Part shown: positions 28,510 through 43,153 of the stretch, piece by piece
How positions within the stretch are numbered: the first letter of the stretch is position 1
Layout: each line of letters opens with the position of its first letter
From: Chrysomallon squamiferum
Taxonomy: Eukaryota; Animalia; Mollusca
Assembly: GCA_012295275.1 (NCBI GenBank)
Contig: CM022669.1
Span: forward strand, 7,130,001 to 7,194,000
Direction of reading: 5' to 3'
Length of the DNA: 64,000 nucleotides
Position numbers and translations under genes: made by a program
Notes under the pieces: model-generated
What the model saw: only the letters and a program-made list of their open reading frames with translations
What the model was told of the DNA's origin: nothing
Database searches by the model: none

Positions 28510-29010
28510 CAGCTCCAGGGCAATTCTTCTGTGTTTGGACCTGACAGGAATGCTTCAAACACCTGACTCAATCAACATGTCAAAATATTCTGGATCTAGA
28601 ACATATTAACCTGTATCATACCAACCCTGACATCAAACACTTCTATGGTATGCTTGGCAGACTTGCACTTCTTCCTTTAGGTAAGTTAGAGAAGGAATGG
28701 ACTGGTCACAGAATAACACACCGGCTGAGCTGGATGACCTCCCTAGCTACTTTGTGTGTATCAAGCACAGTCAGGAGAATTTAACCAGTGCTATTCAATC
28801 CAGACCATCTTTGCTCTTCAGAAGACTGCCTCCCCTCTTCCCAAACTGTCACAGTGAAGTTTGAAATAGGACAAACAAAATATGTGAATGCTTGAACTTT
28901 GCATTTATTCACATATATTTGGAAACCAGCATCCAACTCTTTACTCTGCAAAATCTCGGCTGTAGATTCAATTGCAATGATCCAGTTTCAAAGTAGAAAG
29001 AACATGTTGA
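28510..29010 (+). mobile_element. Decayed Mutator-like (MULE) transposase fragment
   Basis: Seen across frameshifts: CFKHLTQST..ILDLEHINLYHTNPDIKHFYGMLGRLALLPL, FRRLPPLFP, RTNKICECLN, FGNQHPTL. Established: these resemble the MULE transposase CxxH motif and RTNNxxExxN/HP-type C-terminal motifs. No TIRs found. Confidence 0.7.
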
Positions 29011-30429
29011 TACCAGAAATGAGAGTACCAGTAGCATCAGTACGTAATTGAATTTCACAGGAGGAATATCTTGATTGTGTTGTAATTGTTATTGATGCTA
29101 CACTGACATGTATGATTTTGATAAATGTGTAAATTACATAATTTTCATTTCCTAGTCAGTGGTGCGTTGGCCAAATAATTTTATTCTAAATCAACCTTAA
29201 TATTAGTAGAGCTTTATAATATGCCATCTAAAATATCATTTTGTGAATTACTTGCAGAGATAATTGAGATTTTTTCTTTGCTAAAAAAACAAAAAAAACA
29301 CATATAACCCCCAAACAAAAACCATAAAGAAACAAAACAAAACAACAATAACAAAGTTAAACTTTATTTAAATAAGGAAAATAATAAGCAAGCAAACAGA
29401 AAAATAAATGAAACTGAAGGAAAATTATATTAATAAAAAAGTAAAAAGAAAATACCATTATTTTTAGTCTAAATTCTTTTATTCTGCACCAAAACTATTG
29501 CCATTATTTTGCTGATACAAGAGTTTACACCAAAGCTCTATTAATTTAATTACAATAAACACATTCAAACATTATTATCAGGGTTAAATTAAATGAAGAC
29601 CAACTGTTAAAAATCCAGGAGTTGAAGAACCCTGGTTTGTTCTGTACTCATATATTATTCATTAGAAAGTATTCATAGATTGTTTTAGAATATACATTAC
29701 TCTTTGTAAAAAAATATTTCATAAACCATATGAAGTACAAATCAGTCCGTGTAACATACGTATGTATCAGATAGTGTCAAATTCTTGCACCAACAGAATT
29801 ATCTAAGCACAAAAGAACGAAAATGAAACCTGATTTGTACCTTATCTGAAATACTTAAATTTTATACTACTCCAAATACTGCTTTAATATGTACTGCAAA
29901 CACTTAATTTATTAAACATTAATAAACTCATTTAGTAAATTTTATTTTTAGTGATTCCATTCTGAACTCGTTTTAAAAATTAATTAGAAAATTTTAGTAT
30001 AAATATTAATTTCATTAAACTGTGATACTTTTATTTTTGCACATCTCTTTAAACTATGTTTTAATATTCTTTTGAATTTCTATGTTGTTGTATTTGGTTT
30101 GACACCCAATAGCTGATATGTTTTTCATGCTGGGGAGTCATTACACATTCATTCACTCATTCCATTAGATAGCAGTGCTGCTTCAGAGTGTAATATAACT
30201 AATATTTAATGACTGCAGCCAGTAATGACATTACAGGATCAGTCCTCTTTTTCATGTACATGTTGTAATTTCCTAATGAAACGTGATTTATAACACATAT
30301 CATAAGCTGCTGTTTGTAATTCAGTAAATACAAAACATGATAACTAAATCACAAATTAATATCCAGCAAGTGATTAAAAAATATCAGTATGTTCTTGTGT
30401 TATTAAAGAAAACAATTCTTTTTTTAATG

Positions 30430-33400
30430 CTACATGATAATACATATTTTAGATTCCTTCTCTTGACTTGTGGACTCCTTGCTTGTTTGCTCCTTCTCAG
30501 CTTTCTCCTCATGATACTCTCGCATTCTTCTATTCCTGAAAAAAAAATACAGAGTAAATTAAATAACTATTTTTAAAAACAGACCATAAAGAACTGTTAA
30601 GAAATACTACTATAAAACTGAGGTTTTATAAAAGTGGTTGTTATGAGATCTTTACAAAGTGAAATAAAATGTAACGTTATTTAAGACCTTTCAGAAGCAT
30701 CCTCATCCTGTTCTTCTGGTTTATTTTCTGACATTTCCGTCTCTACCTGACTGGCTGCTTCGATCTCATCTTCTTCAAGTTGTGAAAAAACAAGCAAACA
30801 ATAAAAACATTCAAGGTTTCTTACATTAAAGATTTATAAGCTGATTACTTTATTTATTTCAATTAATAAATTATTTATAATGATAAAAATATGAACAGTT
30901 AGCATTTTCTACCACCTATATACTACACACCTTTTTTTCATCAACATAATACATAAATTGCCTGTCCCTTGTGAAAATAAAGAAAACAGATACATTGTTT
31001 TAGGTACTCATGTTATCAGATACTGGCTGGAATGTCAAATGACAAGAAGGATTCATTCCAGTATTCTCTATCTTAAGCTCAGCAAATTACATTTCAAGTT
31101 TCTCATTAAGCACTAAATATTAATGAGTTAGATGATTTTTGGGGGGGTTTTTTTTGGTTGGTTTTGTTACTTGGTTGATTTATCTACTGATTATTTTTGT
31201 CATAATTTTTCTTGACTAATAAGATATTTCTAATAGTAAAAAAATAACTATTATTAGTTACATATAATATCAGTCAGAATTCACAACCATCATTACATTA
31301 CCTGTTGTTGATTAGCATAATAAATAAGGTAAAGAAAACCACAATATTTTATCCACAAGTTATGTAACAGTAACTGGAATGTCATTTAACTGAAAATATT
31401 GAGGTCGACAAACTACTTTTCTAGTTACACACTAAGCACTAAATATTAATGAGCAATATGATTAATTATTACCTTCTGAAATTACTTAGCTCAAGGAAAT
31501 TGTTTGGATATGAATTTAGTATCTTCTGTTAATATGTTCCATTCTTAAATTCACTGATGCAGGTACAAAAAGATGATAGACAGCATAGCAGCAATGTTAA
31601 ATATATTTCTCATTGCAATTAGTATGTCATTCCAGATTTTCTTTTTTCCACTTGAGAAAAGATTTTTTTTTTTTAATTATTACTTTTTGCATTGAAATCA
31701 CTACATACTAAAGACCTTTTTGTATATAACCACTGGCAATTTAAATTCTGACAGAAATGTGAACAAGAAAACACATGAAAAAAATCATTAGACTTACGTG
31801 TTTGGTGTTCTGTAGTAGTTGTTTTGTCATTTTTCTTGGTATGTTGGGAATTAGAACTTTTACAGGATGCATCAGATTTGTGTGTGTCATCTTTTGAAAG
31901 AAAGAAAAACAACACCAAAAAGCTTTATTCAGACATATTATTTTTCAGAGGCTTGTGGAAAATGTAAGTAAAGAGACAGACTAAATAAACTCTGTATAGC
32001 TAGATAATCAAGCTAAAATTTGAATGTAGATCATCAAGCTAGGCTCTGTAACTAAAATCAACAATCTAGGCTCTTAATCTACATCATCAAACTAGGCTCA
32101 GTATCTTGATTAACAATCTAGGCTCTGTATTTAGATCATCAAACCTGACTCAATATCTAGATTATCAAGATAGACTTTCTACCATTTAAGGTTGAGCTTT
32201 GGCAAAAGTTCAGATAATTAAATAATGGTTTAAAACCTCACCTTCAGACATATATTTATGATCATCATTGTCATCATCATCGGTGTCAGTATCGTCGTTG
32301 TCGTCATCGTCATCATCATCATCATCATCATTATCATCATCATCACTGTCATCATCATCATCATTATCATCATCATCATCACTGTAATCATCATCGTCGT
32401 CATCATCATCATCACCATCATCATCATGAACTGACGGAGGTTTCCTTTAAGTTAATGTTGAACAGAAAGAAGAGAAATTTAATCATTTTTATCACTTTAA
32501 TTGAATGATGTTAATTAATATTCTTAATTTACTTTTAATACTATTATTTAATACAACAAATATCACACTTAATACTACTGCTGCTACTTTTATTTTTGTT
32601 ATGTATAACTTGACTGGATAACAAATTTCATATTATTTAAAAGTCTGTTTTTACAACCTTTCTGCAAATCAATAAGTACATTTAACATAACAAAAAATAA
32701 CTGTAAACACAGTGTTTAAAACATTCTTTCAGTAATCCTATAGCCTGTACTGTACAGAAAATATTTAAAATTAAATAAATCTCTGTACCTTGATTCCTCT
32801 GCAGTATGAGAATGTGAATCTGATTTTGGTGGTGAAGGATGATGTACCTAACACACACAAACGATAAATATTTTTAATTTAATAAACAGCAGAATTAATG
32901 TCACAATTAATCAATTTTTATCATCAATTAAATCGCATTTACTTCCATAGTTATAAAAATTTAAAATAAAATAGAATGAAAAAGTTTTTGAAAAAAATAA
33001 AAAAAATGAGTCTACAATGTACTCCATGATGAATGAAAGAATAGAAATGTTTTTGTTTCAAAGGATGTGCCACAAAAAATATATTTCACTGCTAACTGGA
33101 AAGAACAGCTCATAGTGTGATCATTGCAAGTCCTGATAAAGACAAATTTTGGTTATAATATGCTTCTAAAATAATTTATTTCTTTAGTTTCTGAAAGTGT
33201 TTGCATTACTTGAGCTGCAGTTGCAGACTGAGATTCTTGAGGTGGTCTGTTTGAAGAGGTTTTATCTTCTGTCTCTGGCGTCTCATTCTTAATTTCTAGA
33301 AGGAAAAAACACAACATTTTGATAAATATATTTCTCATTGCAATTAGTATGTTATTCCAGATTTAATTTTCTTTTTTCCACTTGAGAAAAGATATTTTTT

Positions 33401-36400
33401 TTCATTATTACTTTTTGCACTGAGATTCACTACATACTAAAGACTTTTGTACACAGCCACTGGCAATTTAAATACTGGCGGAAATGTGAACAAGAAAACA
33501 CATGAAAAAAAATCATTAGACTTATGTGTTTGGTGTTCTGTAGTAGTTGTTTTGTCATTTTTCTTGGTATGTTGGGAATTAGAACTTTTACAGGATGCAT
33601 CAGATTTGTGTGTGTCATCTTTTGAAAAAAAACAAAAAAAAAAAACACCACAAAGCTTTATTCAGATATATTATTTTTGAGAGACTTGTGGAAAATAGAC
33701 AGACTAAATAAACAGGTAAATGCAATTTTGTTTTAGAAATTTTCCTGACCAATTTGTAGTGAACAATTAGCATCTTAAAAAGAAAGAGAATGAATGTAGA
33801 TCAACAAGCTAGGCTCTGTATAGCTAGATATTCAAGCTAAAATTTGTATGTAGATCATCAAACAAGGCTCTATATCTAGTGCAATAAGCTAGGCTCTGTA
33901 ACTAAAATCAACAACCTATGTTCTCAGTCTACATCATCAAACTAGGCCCTGTATCTAGATTAATAAGCTAGGCTCTGCAACTAAAATCAACAATCTAGGC
34001 TCTCAATCTATATCATCAAACTAGGCTTGGTATCTTGTTCAACAATTTAGGCTCTGTATCTAGGTCATCAAACCTGACTCAATATCTAGATTATCAAGAT
34101 AGACTTTCTACCATTTAAGGTTGAGCTTTGGAAAAAGTTCAGATAATTAAATAATGGTTTAAAACCTCACCTTCAGACATATATTTATGATCATCATTGT
34201 CATCATGATCACTATCTTGTTCATGATGTTGTTTATGTTTTAAGGATGGTTGTTCTTCACAGATGTTCTCCGGTGTTATGTCAGGTTTCATTGAACTAAA
34301 TGTTGAACAGAAAGAAGTGAAATTTAATCATTTTTTTATCATTTTAATTGTATGATGTTAATTAATATTCTTAATTTACTTTTATTACTACAACAAATAC
34401 CACACTTAATACTACTGCTGCTACTACTATTATTTTTGTTATGTGTAACTGGACTGGATAACAAATTTCATATTATTTAAAAGTCTGTTTTAACAACCTT
34501 TCTGCAAATCAATGAGTACATTTAACGTAACAAAAAATAACGTTAAACACAGTGTTTAAAACATTCTTTCAATAATCCTGTAGCCTGTAATGTACAGAAA
34601 ATATTTAAAATTAAATAAATCTCTGTACCTTGATTCCTCTGCAGTATGAGAATGTGAATCTGATTTTGGTGGTGAAGGATGATGTACCTAACACACACAA
34701 ATGATAAATATTTTTAATTTAATAAACAGCAGAATTAATGTCACAATTAATCAATTTTTATCATCAATTAAATCGCATTTACTTCCATAGTTATAAAAAT
34801 TTAAAATAAAATAGAATGAAAAAGTCTTTGAAAAAAAAAAAAAAAAATGAATCTACAATGTACTCCATGATGAATGAAAGAATAGAAATGTTTTTGTTTC
34901 AAAGGATGTGCCACATAACAATATTTCACTGCTAACTGGAAAGAACAGCTCATAGTGTGATCATTGCAAGTCCTGATAAAGACAAATTTTGGTTATAATA
35001 TGCTTCTAAAATAATTTATTTCTTTAGTTTCTGAAAGTGTTTGCATTACTTGAGCTGCAGTTGCAGACTGAGATTCTTGAGGTGGTCTGTTTGAAGAGGT
35101 TTTATCTTCTGTCTCTGGTGTCTCATTCTTAATTTCTAGAAGGAAAAAACACAACATTTTGATAAATATATTTCTCATTGCAATTAGTATGTCATTCCAG
35201 ATTTAATTATCTTTTTTCCACTTGAGAAAAGATTTTTTTTTTTAATTATTACTTTTTGCACTGAAATTCACTACATACTAAAGACCTTTTTGTATATAGC
35301 CACTGGAAATTTAAATACTGACAGAAATGTGAACAAAAAACATGAAAAAGATCATTAGACTTACGTGTTTGGTGTTCTGTAGTAGTTGTTTTGTCACTTT
35401 TCTTGGTATGTTGGGAATTAGAACTTTTACAGGATGCATCAGATTTGTGTGTGTCATCTTTTGAAAGAAAACAAAACAACACCGAAAAGCTTTATTCAGA
35501 TGTATTATTTTTGAGAGGCTTGTGGAAAAGTAAGTACTTAGATAGACTAAATAAACAGGTAAATGCAATTTTGTTTTAGAAATTTTCCTGATCAATTTGT
35601 AGTGAACAATTAGCATCTTAAAAAGAAAGAGAATGAATGTAGATCAACAAGCTAGGCTCTGTATAGCTAGATATTCAAGCTAAAATTAGATCACCAAACT
35701 AGGCCCTGTATCTAGATTAATAAGCTAGGCTCTGTAACTAAAATCAACAATCTAGGTTCTCAATCTATATCATCAAACTAGGCTCGGTATCTTGTTCAAC
35801 AATTTAGGCTCTGTATCTAGGTCAACAAACCTGACTCAATATCTAGATTATCAAGATAGACTTTCTACCATTTAAGGTTGAGCTTTGGAAAAAGTTCAGA
35901 TAATTAAATAATGGTTTAAAACCTCACCTTCAGACATATATTTATGATCATCATTGTCATCATGATCACTATCTTGTTCATGATGTTGTTTATGTTTTAA
36001 GGATGGTTGTTCTTCACAGATGTTCTCCGGTGTTATGTCAGGTTTCATTGAACTAAATGTTGAACAGAAAGAAGTGAAATTTAATCATTTTTTTATCATT
36101 TTAATTGTATGATGTTAATTAATATTCTTAATTTACTTTTAATATTATTACTACAACAAATATCACACTTAATACTACTGCTGCTACTACTATTATTTTT
36201 GTTATGTATAACTGGACTGGATAACAAATTTCATATTATTTAAAAGTCTGTACAACCTTTCTGCAAATCAATGAGTACATTTAACATAACAAAAAATAAC
36301 CGTAAACACAGTGTTTAAAACATTCTTTCAATAATCCTATAGCCTGTACTGTACAGAAAATATTTAAAATTAAATAAATATCTGTACCTTGATTCCTCTG

Positions 36401-39400
36401 CAGTATGAGAATGTGAATCTGATTTTGGTGGTGAAGGATGATGTACCTAACACACACAAACGATATTTTTTTTAATTTAATAAACAGCAGAATTAATGTC
36501 ACAATTAATCAATTTTTATCATCAATTAAATTGCATTTACTTCCATAGTTATAAAAATTTAAAATAAAATAGAAAGAAAAAGGTTTTGAAAAAGAAAAAA
36601 AAAATGAATCTACAATGTTCTCAAGAATGAATGAAAGAATAGAAATGTTTTTGTTTCAAAGGATGTGCCACATAACAATATTTCACTGCTAACTGGAAAG
36701 AACAGCTCATAGTGTGATCGTTGCAAGTCCTGATAAAGACAAATTTTGTTAATAATATGCTTCTAAAATAGTTTACTTTTTTAGTTTCTGAAAGTGTTTG
36801 CATTACTTGAGCTGCAGTTGCAGACTGAGATTCTTGAGGTGGTCTGTTTGAAGAGATTTGATGTTCTGACTCTGGCGTCTCATTCTTAATTTCTAGAAGG
36901 AAAAAACACAACATTTTGATAAATATATTTCTCATTGCAATTAGTATGTCATTCCAGATTTAATTTTTTTTTTTCAACTTTAGAAAAGATTTTTTTTTTT
37001 TTTTAATTATAACGTTTTGCATTGAGATTTACTACATACTAAAGACTTTTGTACACAGCCACTGGAAATTTAAATACTGACAGAAATGTGAACAAAAAAA
37101 CATGAAAAAGATCATTAGACTTACGTGCATGCTGTTCTGTAGTAGTTGTTTTGTCACTTTTCTTGGTATATTGGAAATTAGAAATTTTAGAGGCTGCATC
37201 AGATGTGAATGTATCATCTTTTGAAAGAAAGAAAAACAACACCAAAAAGCTTTATTCAGATATATTATTTTTCAGAGGCTTGTGGAAAATAGACAGACTA
37301 AATAAACAGGTAAATGCAATTTTGTTTTAGAAATTTTCCTGACCAATTTGTAGTGAACAATTAGCATCTTAAGAAGAAAGAGAATGAATGTAGATCAACA
37401 AGCTAAGCTCTGTATAGCTAGGCATTCAAGCTAAAATTTGTATGTAGATCATCAAATAAGGCTCTGTATCTAGATCATCAAATAAGGCTCTGTATCTAGT
37501 TCATTAAGCTAGGCTCTAACTAAAATCAACAATCTAGGCTCTCCATCTACATAATCAAACTAGGCTTGGTATCTTGATCAACAATCTAGGCTCTGTATCT
37601 AGATCAATAAGCTAGGCTCTGTAACTAAAATCAATAATCTAAGCTCTCCATATACATAATCAAACTAGGCTCGGTATCTTGATCAACAATTTAGGCTCTG
37701 TATTTAGATCATCAAACTTGACTCAATATCTAGATTATCAAGATAGACTTTCTACCATTTAAGGTTGAGCTTTGGCAAAAGTTCAGATAATTAAATAATG
37801 GTTTAAAACCTCACCTTCAGACGTATATTCATTGTCATCATCATCGACGTCAGTATCGTCGTTGTCGTCATCGTCGTCATCATCATGACTGTGACCATCA
37901 TCGTTGTCATCATCATCGTTATCATCATCGTTATCATCATCATCACTTTCATCATCATCATCATCGTCATCATCATCATCACTGTCATCATCATTGTCGT
38001 CATCATCATCATCATAAACTGAGGGAGGTTTCCTTGAAGTTAATGTTGAACAGAAAGAAGTGAAATTTAATCATTTTTATCACTTAATTGTATGATGTTA
38101 ATTAATATTCTTAATTTACTTTTAATACTATTACTACAACAAATATCACACTTAATACTACTGCTGCTACTACTATTATTTTTGTTATGTATAACTGGAC
38201 TGGATAACAAATTTCATATTATTTAACAGTCTGTTTTACAACCTTTCTGCAGATCAATGAGTACATTTAACGTAACAAAAAATAACATTAAACACAGTGT
38301 TTAAAACATTATTTCAATAATCCTATAGCCTGTACTGTACAGAAAATATTTAAAATTGAGTAAATCTCTATACCTTGATCCCTCTGCAGTATGATAATGT
38401 GAATCTGATTTTGGTGGTGAAGGATGATGTACCTAACACACACAAATGATAAATATTTTTAATTTAATAAACAGCAGAATTAATGTCACAATTAATCAAT
38501 TTTTATAATCAATTAAATTGCATTTACTTCCATAGTTATAAAATTTAAAATAAAATAGAAAGAAAAAGGTTTTTTAAAAAAAAAAAAAAAAAAAAATGAA
38601 TCTACAATGTACTCCAGAATGAATGAAAGAATAGAAATGTTTTTGTTTCAAAGGATGCGCCACATAACAATATTTCACTGCTAACTGGAAAGAATGGATC
38701 ATAGTGTGATTGTTGCAAGTTCTAATAAAGACAAAGTTTGTTAATAATATGCTTCTAAAATAGTTTATTTTTTTAGTTTCTGAAAGTGTTTGCAATACCT
38801 GCACTACAGATACAAGCTCAGATTCTCGAGGTGGTCTTTTTAAAGAGGTTTCATTTATCGTCTCTGACAACTCCTTGTTATGTTCTAGAAGAAACAAACC
38901 GACATTTTGATAAATTTATTTCTCATTGCCTTAGTATGTCGTGCCAAATTTAATTCTCTTTTTTCCACTTTAGAAAAGATTTTGTCTTTTCTTTTTTTAT
39001 TACTTTCTGTACTCAAAATGATTGCAAATTAAGCCTTTTTTGTACATATCCACTTGCAGTTTAAATATTAATTGATATATGACAAAAAAAACCACATATA
39101 TGATATAAACAAGAATCCTAGAAATCATTAGACTTATGTCTGTACTCTTCTCTAAGATGCAGTTTAAATACTAATTGCATATGAACAAAAAAACAACACA
39201 TATATGATATAAACAAGAATCCTAGAAATCATTAGACTTATGTCTGTACTCTTCTCTAAGATGCAGTTTAAATACTAATTGCATATGAACAAAAAAAACA
39301 CACATATATGATATAAACAAGAATCCTAGAAATCATTAGACTTATGTCTGTACTCTTCTCTAAGATGCAGTTTAAATACTAATTGCATATGAACAAAAAA

Positions 39401-42400
39401 AAAACACATACATGATATAAACAAGAATCCTAGAAATCATTAGACTTATGTCTGTACTCTTCTCTAAGATGCAGTTTAAATACTAATTGCATATGAACAA
39501 AAAAAACACACATATATGATATAAACAAGAATCCTAGAAATCATTAGACTTATGTCTGTACTCTTCTCTAAGATGCAGTTTAAATACTAATTGCATATGA
39601 ACAAAAAAAAACACACATATATGATATAAACAAGAATCCTAGAAATCATTAGACTTATGTCTGTACTCTTCTCTAAGATGCAGTTTAAATACTAATTGCA
39701 TATGAACAAAAAAACAACACATATATGATATAAACAAGAATCCTAGAAATCATTAGACTTATGTCTGTACTCTTCTCTAAGATGCAGTTTAAATACTAAT
39801 TGCATATGAACAAAAAAAACACACATATATGATATAAACAAGAATCCTAGAAATCATTAGACTTATGTCTGTACTCTTCTCTAAGATGCAGTTTAAATAC
39901 AAATTGCATATGAACAAAAAAAACACACATATATGATATAAACAAGAATCCTAGAAATCATTAGACTTACGTCTGTCCTCTTCTCGAAGAATCTGTTCAT
40001 ATTCCTTGATATGTTTAGCATCTTCATCGAAATCTGGCTGCAGCAGCTGCCTGTTAATTCGTTGTGATCTGACATGATTTCCTTCAGGGTCTTGTGTTTG
40101 TCTGCTACTAACCCTGACATCAATTAAAAAAAGGCTTATTTTTTCACATCTGTCATGGAATAATAAAAAAAAAAACCAAAAAACACTGCACCAACAAATT
40201 ATAAGAAAGAAAAAATAAATAAATGATTTAAAAAAAGAAAAAGAAAAAGAAAATCACCTCCCTCCCCAAGAAACGTCTGTCAAGTTTTATTTGGATTATA
40301 CAAATAATATTTCTTAATGTTCCTTTGTTTTTCAAAGATCACTTGTTGGTAAATGAAGAAAAGAACACTGATGATGAAATTCGGGATAAGTCAAATTTTA
40401 GTTTTAATTTATTTGATAAAACAAACAGTTTGCTATGTTTGAAATTTTGAACGAGTGTTTTTATTCTGCATATACTCACCTTTTTGTCAGACATTTCCCT
40501 CTAGTTCTGGATGCAGGCTCTTTTACCCTTGGGTAAAAATATACATTTTATTCAACATATTTATATATTTTTATATATATAAACAATATATATATATATA
40601 TGTAAGTAATTTGACACACTGAAAATATATCATTTATAAAGCAATTCTTTGCATTTCATACACTGAACTCATGTTAGTTTCAGATGTAAATACATTATTA
40701 TATCAAAGCATAAACCATCAACAAATAGAAAAGCAAAAACAAAAAACAACTTTGATGCACTTTTAGAACTACACACATTATTACAAATAATAAACCTCTG
40801 AGGGGTGTCAAGTTTGGTTATTTGATGTTTCCTTGTGTCAAGTTCTAAACCTCTGTAGATTTTCCAGCTGTGTCTTAAAGACCCAGACTTTAAGATTTTG
40901 CACTGTTTTCTGAAACAAGAGACTGAGAGGGTAGCACTTAACTTAAACCATTATTTCAGTATTTTAAAGGCTATTACATGAGTTTTTAAATTATGATGAT
41001 AACATGAGAAAAGACCCTGTTTTGATATATATATATATATATATATACATAAACAGGAAAACAGATCTCAAAACGTTTGATAAAATAATGCTGGTTGGAA
41101 TGGGATTTAGCCCACATCATTGTTAAACATTACAATAGTGGACCCAAAACTTATTCCTCAAAATGTCAATTTAAAAATCAAGAAGACACAATAAATGTTT
41201 TAATCTAGCATTATTCAAAGTTAAAATGTCCAAAAAGGAGCAAACATTTGTAACTGTTTCTTAATTGTATAGCAAACAATCATTCATTACAAAAAATGTT
41301 ACATATGATGATGTTTCACCATGCTTTCAAAAACAATTTTCTCAAACCACCAAGATGCACAGATGAAAATGCCATTTCACCAAATTGCCTGAATTGTTTT
41401 TTTGTTTTGCCTAAGATCAAAGCATGAGCTACATACTAACTTAAACAATAACAGCACATTTACTTATTAGCACTGACTTCCAGCAACTGTCACAAAACTA
41501 CCAGACAAAAAAGTCCATTTCATATATTGAAGTAATAGATAAAAACAAAAAAACAAAATAGACCAATTGTTGCTTGACTATTAACAATATTTATATTAGC
41601 AACTGATTCATATAAAATGAGAAACCAAAACATGGTTTTGTTTTGAATGGAGAGTTAAGACAGGAAAAAACGAAGATGTACAACTATTAACAAAATATAT
41701 CATTTAGAAAGTAATTCTTAATGTCTCAGCACTTACACCGACAGTTTTTCTGTTTCACTTATGGAATACTCTTTTAATTGTAAAGACAGAACAAACCCCC
41801 AGCCCCAGAAAACAAAAGAGAATTATATATCTATATTGCTATCTATCTAACAGTCTGTCTGTCTCTATACATCTATCTGTCTATACATACATGGATGATG
41901 TTTCTTTACAAACAGATTTATAAAAGAAGAATAACTTACTGTGTCTTTTCTCTATGACTTGTGGGAGGTTTCTCAGTACTGTAAGCACATAGAAAATAAC
42001 ATATAATTATATGCATTCTTGAAATGTTTCATATCACACCTATTGTACATATGTTTTTGTGCATATGTTCCTTTACATAGAACTGTACATAAGAACAGGA
42101 GTTATCCATTTTGATTTGTTAAATACACTGTGTTTGTGTGTGTGTGTGAGTGTATGTGTGTGTGTGTTTTCTTCTGTATATGTTGTTCCTTTACTGGACT
42201 AAAAAAGAAAAATTTTAAGATTTTAATTTTTAACAAGTAAATCATAATTTTAATTTATCTTTTAACCCTTGTTTTTTTTTCTTTCTTTTTTTGTTGTGAG
42301 CTCAAGTCACAAAGATAATGTACAAGACAAGTTGGATATATTTTAGTAACAAAATTTATTAAAGAAATGTATTAAAAAAATAAAATAAAATAAGAAACCG

Positions 42401-43122
42401 TTTCTTGACTATCAACAATATTTACATTAGCAACTGATTTATATAAAATAAAAAACCAAACATTGTGGGTCTTTTTAATGGAGAAACAAGACAGCTGAAA
42501 ACAAAGATGTACAACTATTAACAAAATATATCATTTACAAAGTAATTCTTTACATTTAAACACTGAACTTATTAGTTTCAGATGTAAATATGTCATTATA
42601 AAATACTGCAAAATGAACACCTTCAATTATTAGAGAATTTAAAAAATAAAATACATCAAAGAAAAATAAAAACCAAAAATTTCTCATTTAGAAAGTAATT
42701 CTTTACATTTCACACATTCAACTAATGTTAGTTTAAGATATAAACTTTATTATAAAATACTGTAAGATGAACTCCTCTGATTACTAAAAAAAAAACACAC
42801 ACACACTTCATTCAACATATTTCTTGTATATAGAAGTAATTTTTGATGTTTGTGTGTGTGTGTGTGTCACTCTCTCTCTCTGTCTATCTGTACATATATA
42901 TATATATGGATGTTGTCTTCTGTATGTGTTCTTTCTTTACTTACTCTGTCTGTTCTTCTGCATCACTTGCAGAAGCTTCTTCAGTACTGTAAGCACACAC
43001 AAAATAAAATATAATTGTATGCATTTATGAAATGTTTCATATTACACCTTATTCCTTTACATAGAACTGGAGATAAGAACAAGAGTTACCCACCTTGATT
43101 CTTTATGTACAATGTGTGTGTT

Positions 43123-43153
<31 letters not shown>

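Larger units (their letters stand above)
31595..38910 (-). repeat. Four tandem ~1.7-2.0 kb modules, each with exons of 86 / 59 / variable (218,125,125,203) / 93 nt
   Basis: Seen: near-identical introns and exons recurring with boundaries at ~31595, ~33320, ~35160, ~36917, ~38907; recurring peptides IKNETPE..RPPQES, VHHPSPPKSDSH, DDTHKSDAS..KTTTTEHQ. Confidence 0.92.

Noticed and set aside
31473-31553. Possible extra TTC24-like exon resembling the 86-nt exon
   Set aside because: Hits a stop in the required phase (LNLRMEHINRRY*). Treated as a degenerate copy, though an alternative CaaX-less terminal exon cannot be excluded.
32230-38015. Poly-Met ORFs 32230-32427 and 37803-38015 in the ORF track
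   Set aside because: Wrong frame of the (GAT)n tracts; splice phase places them in the poly-Asp frame.
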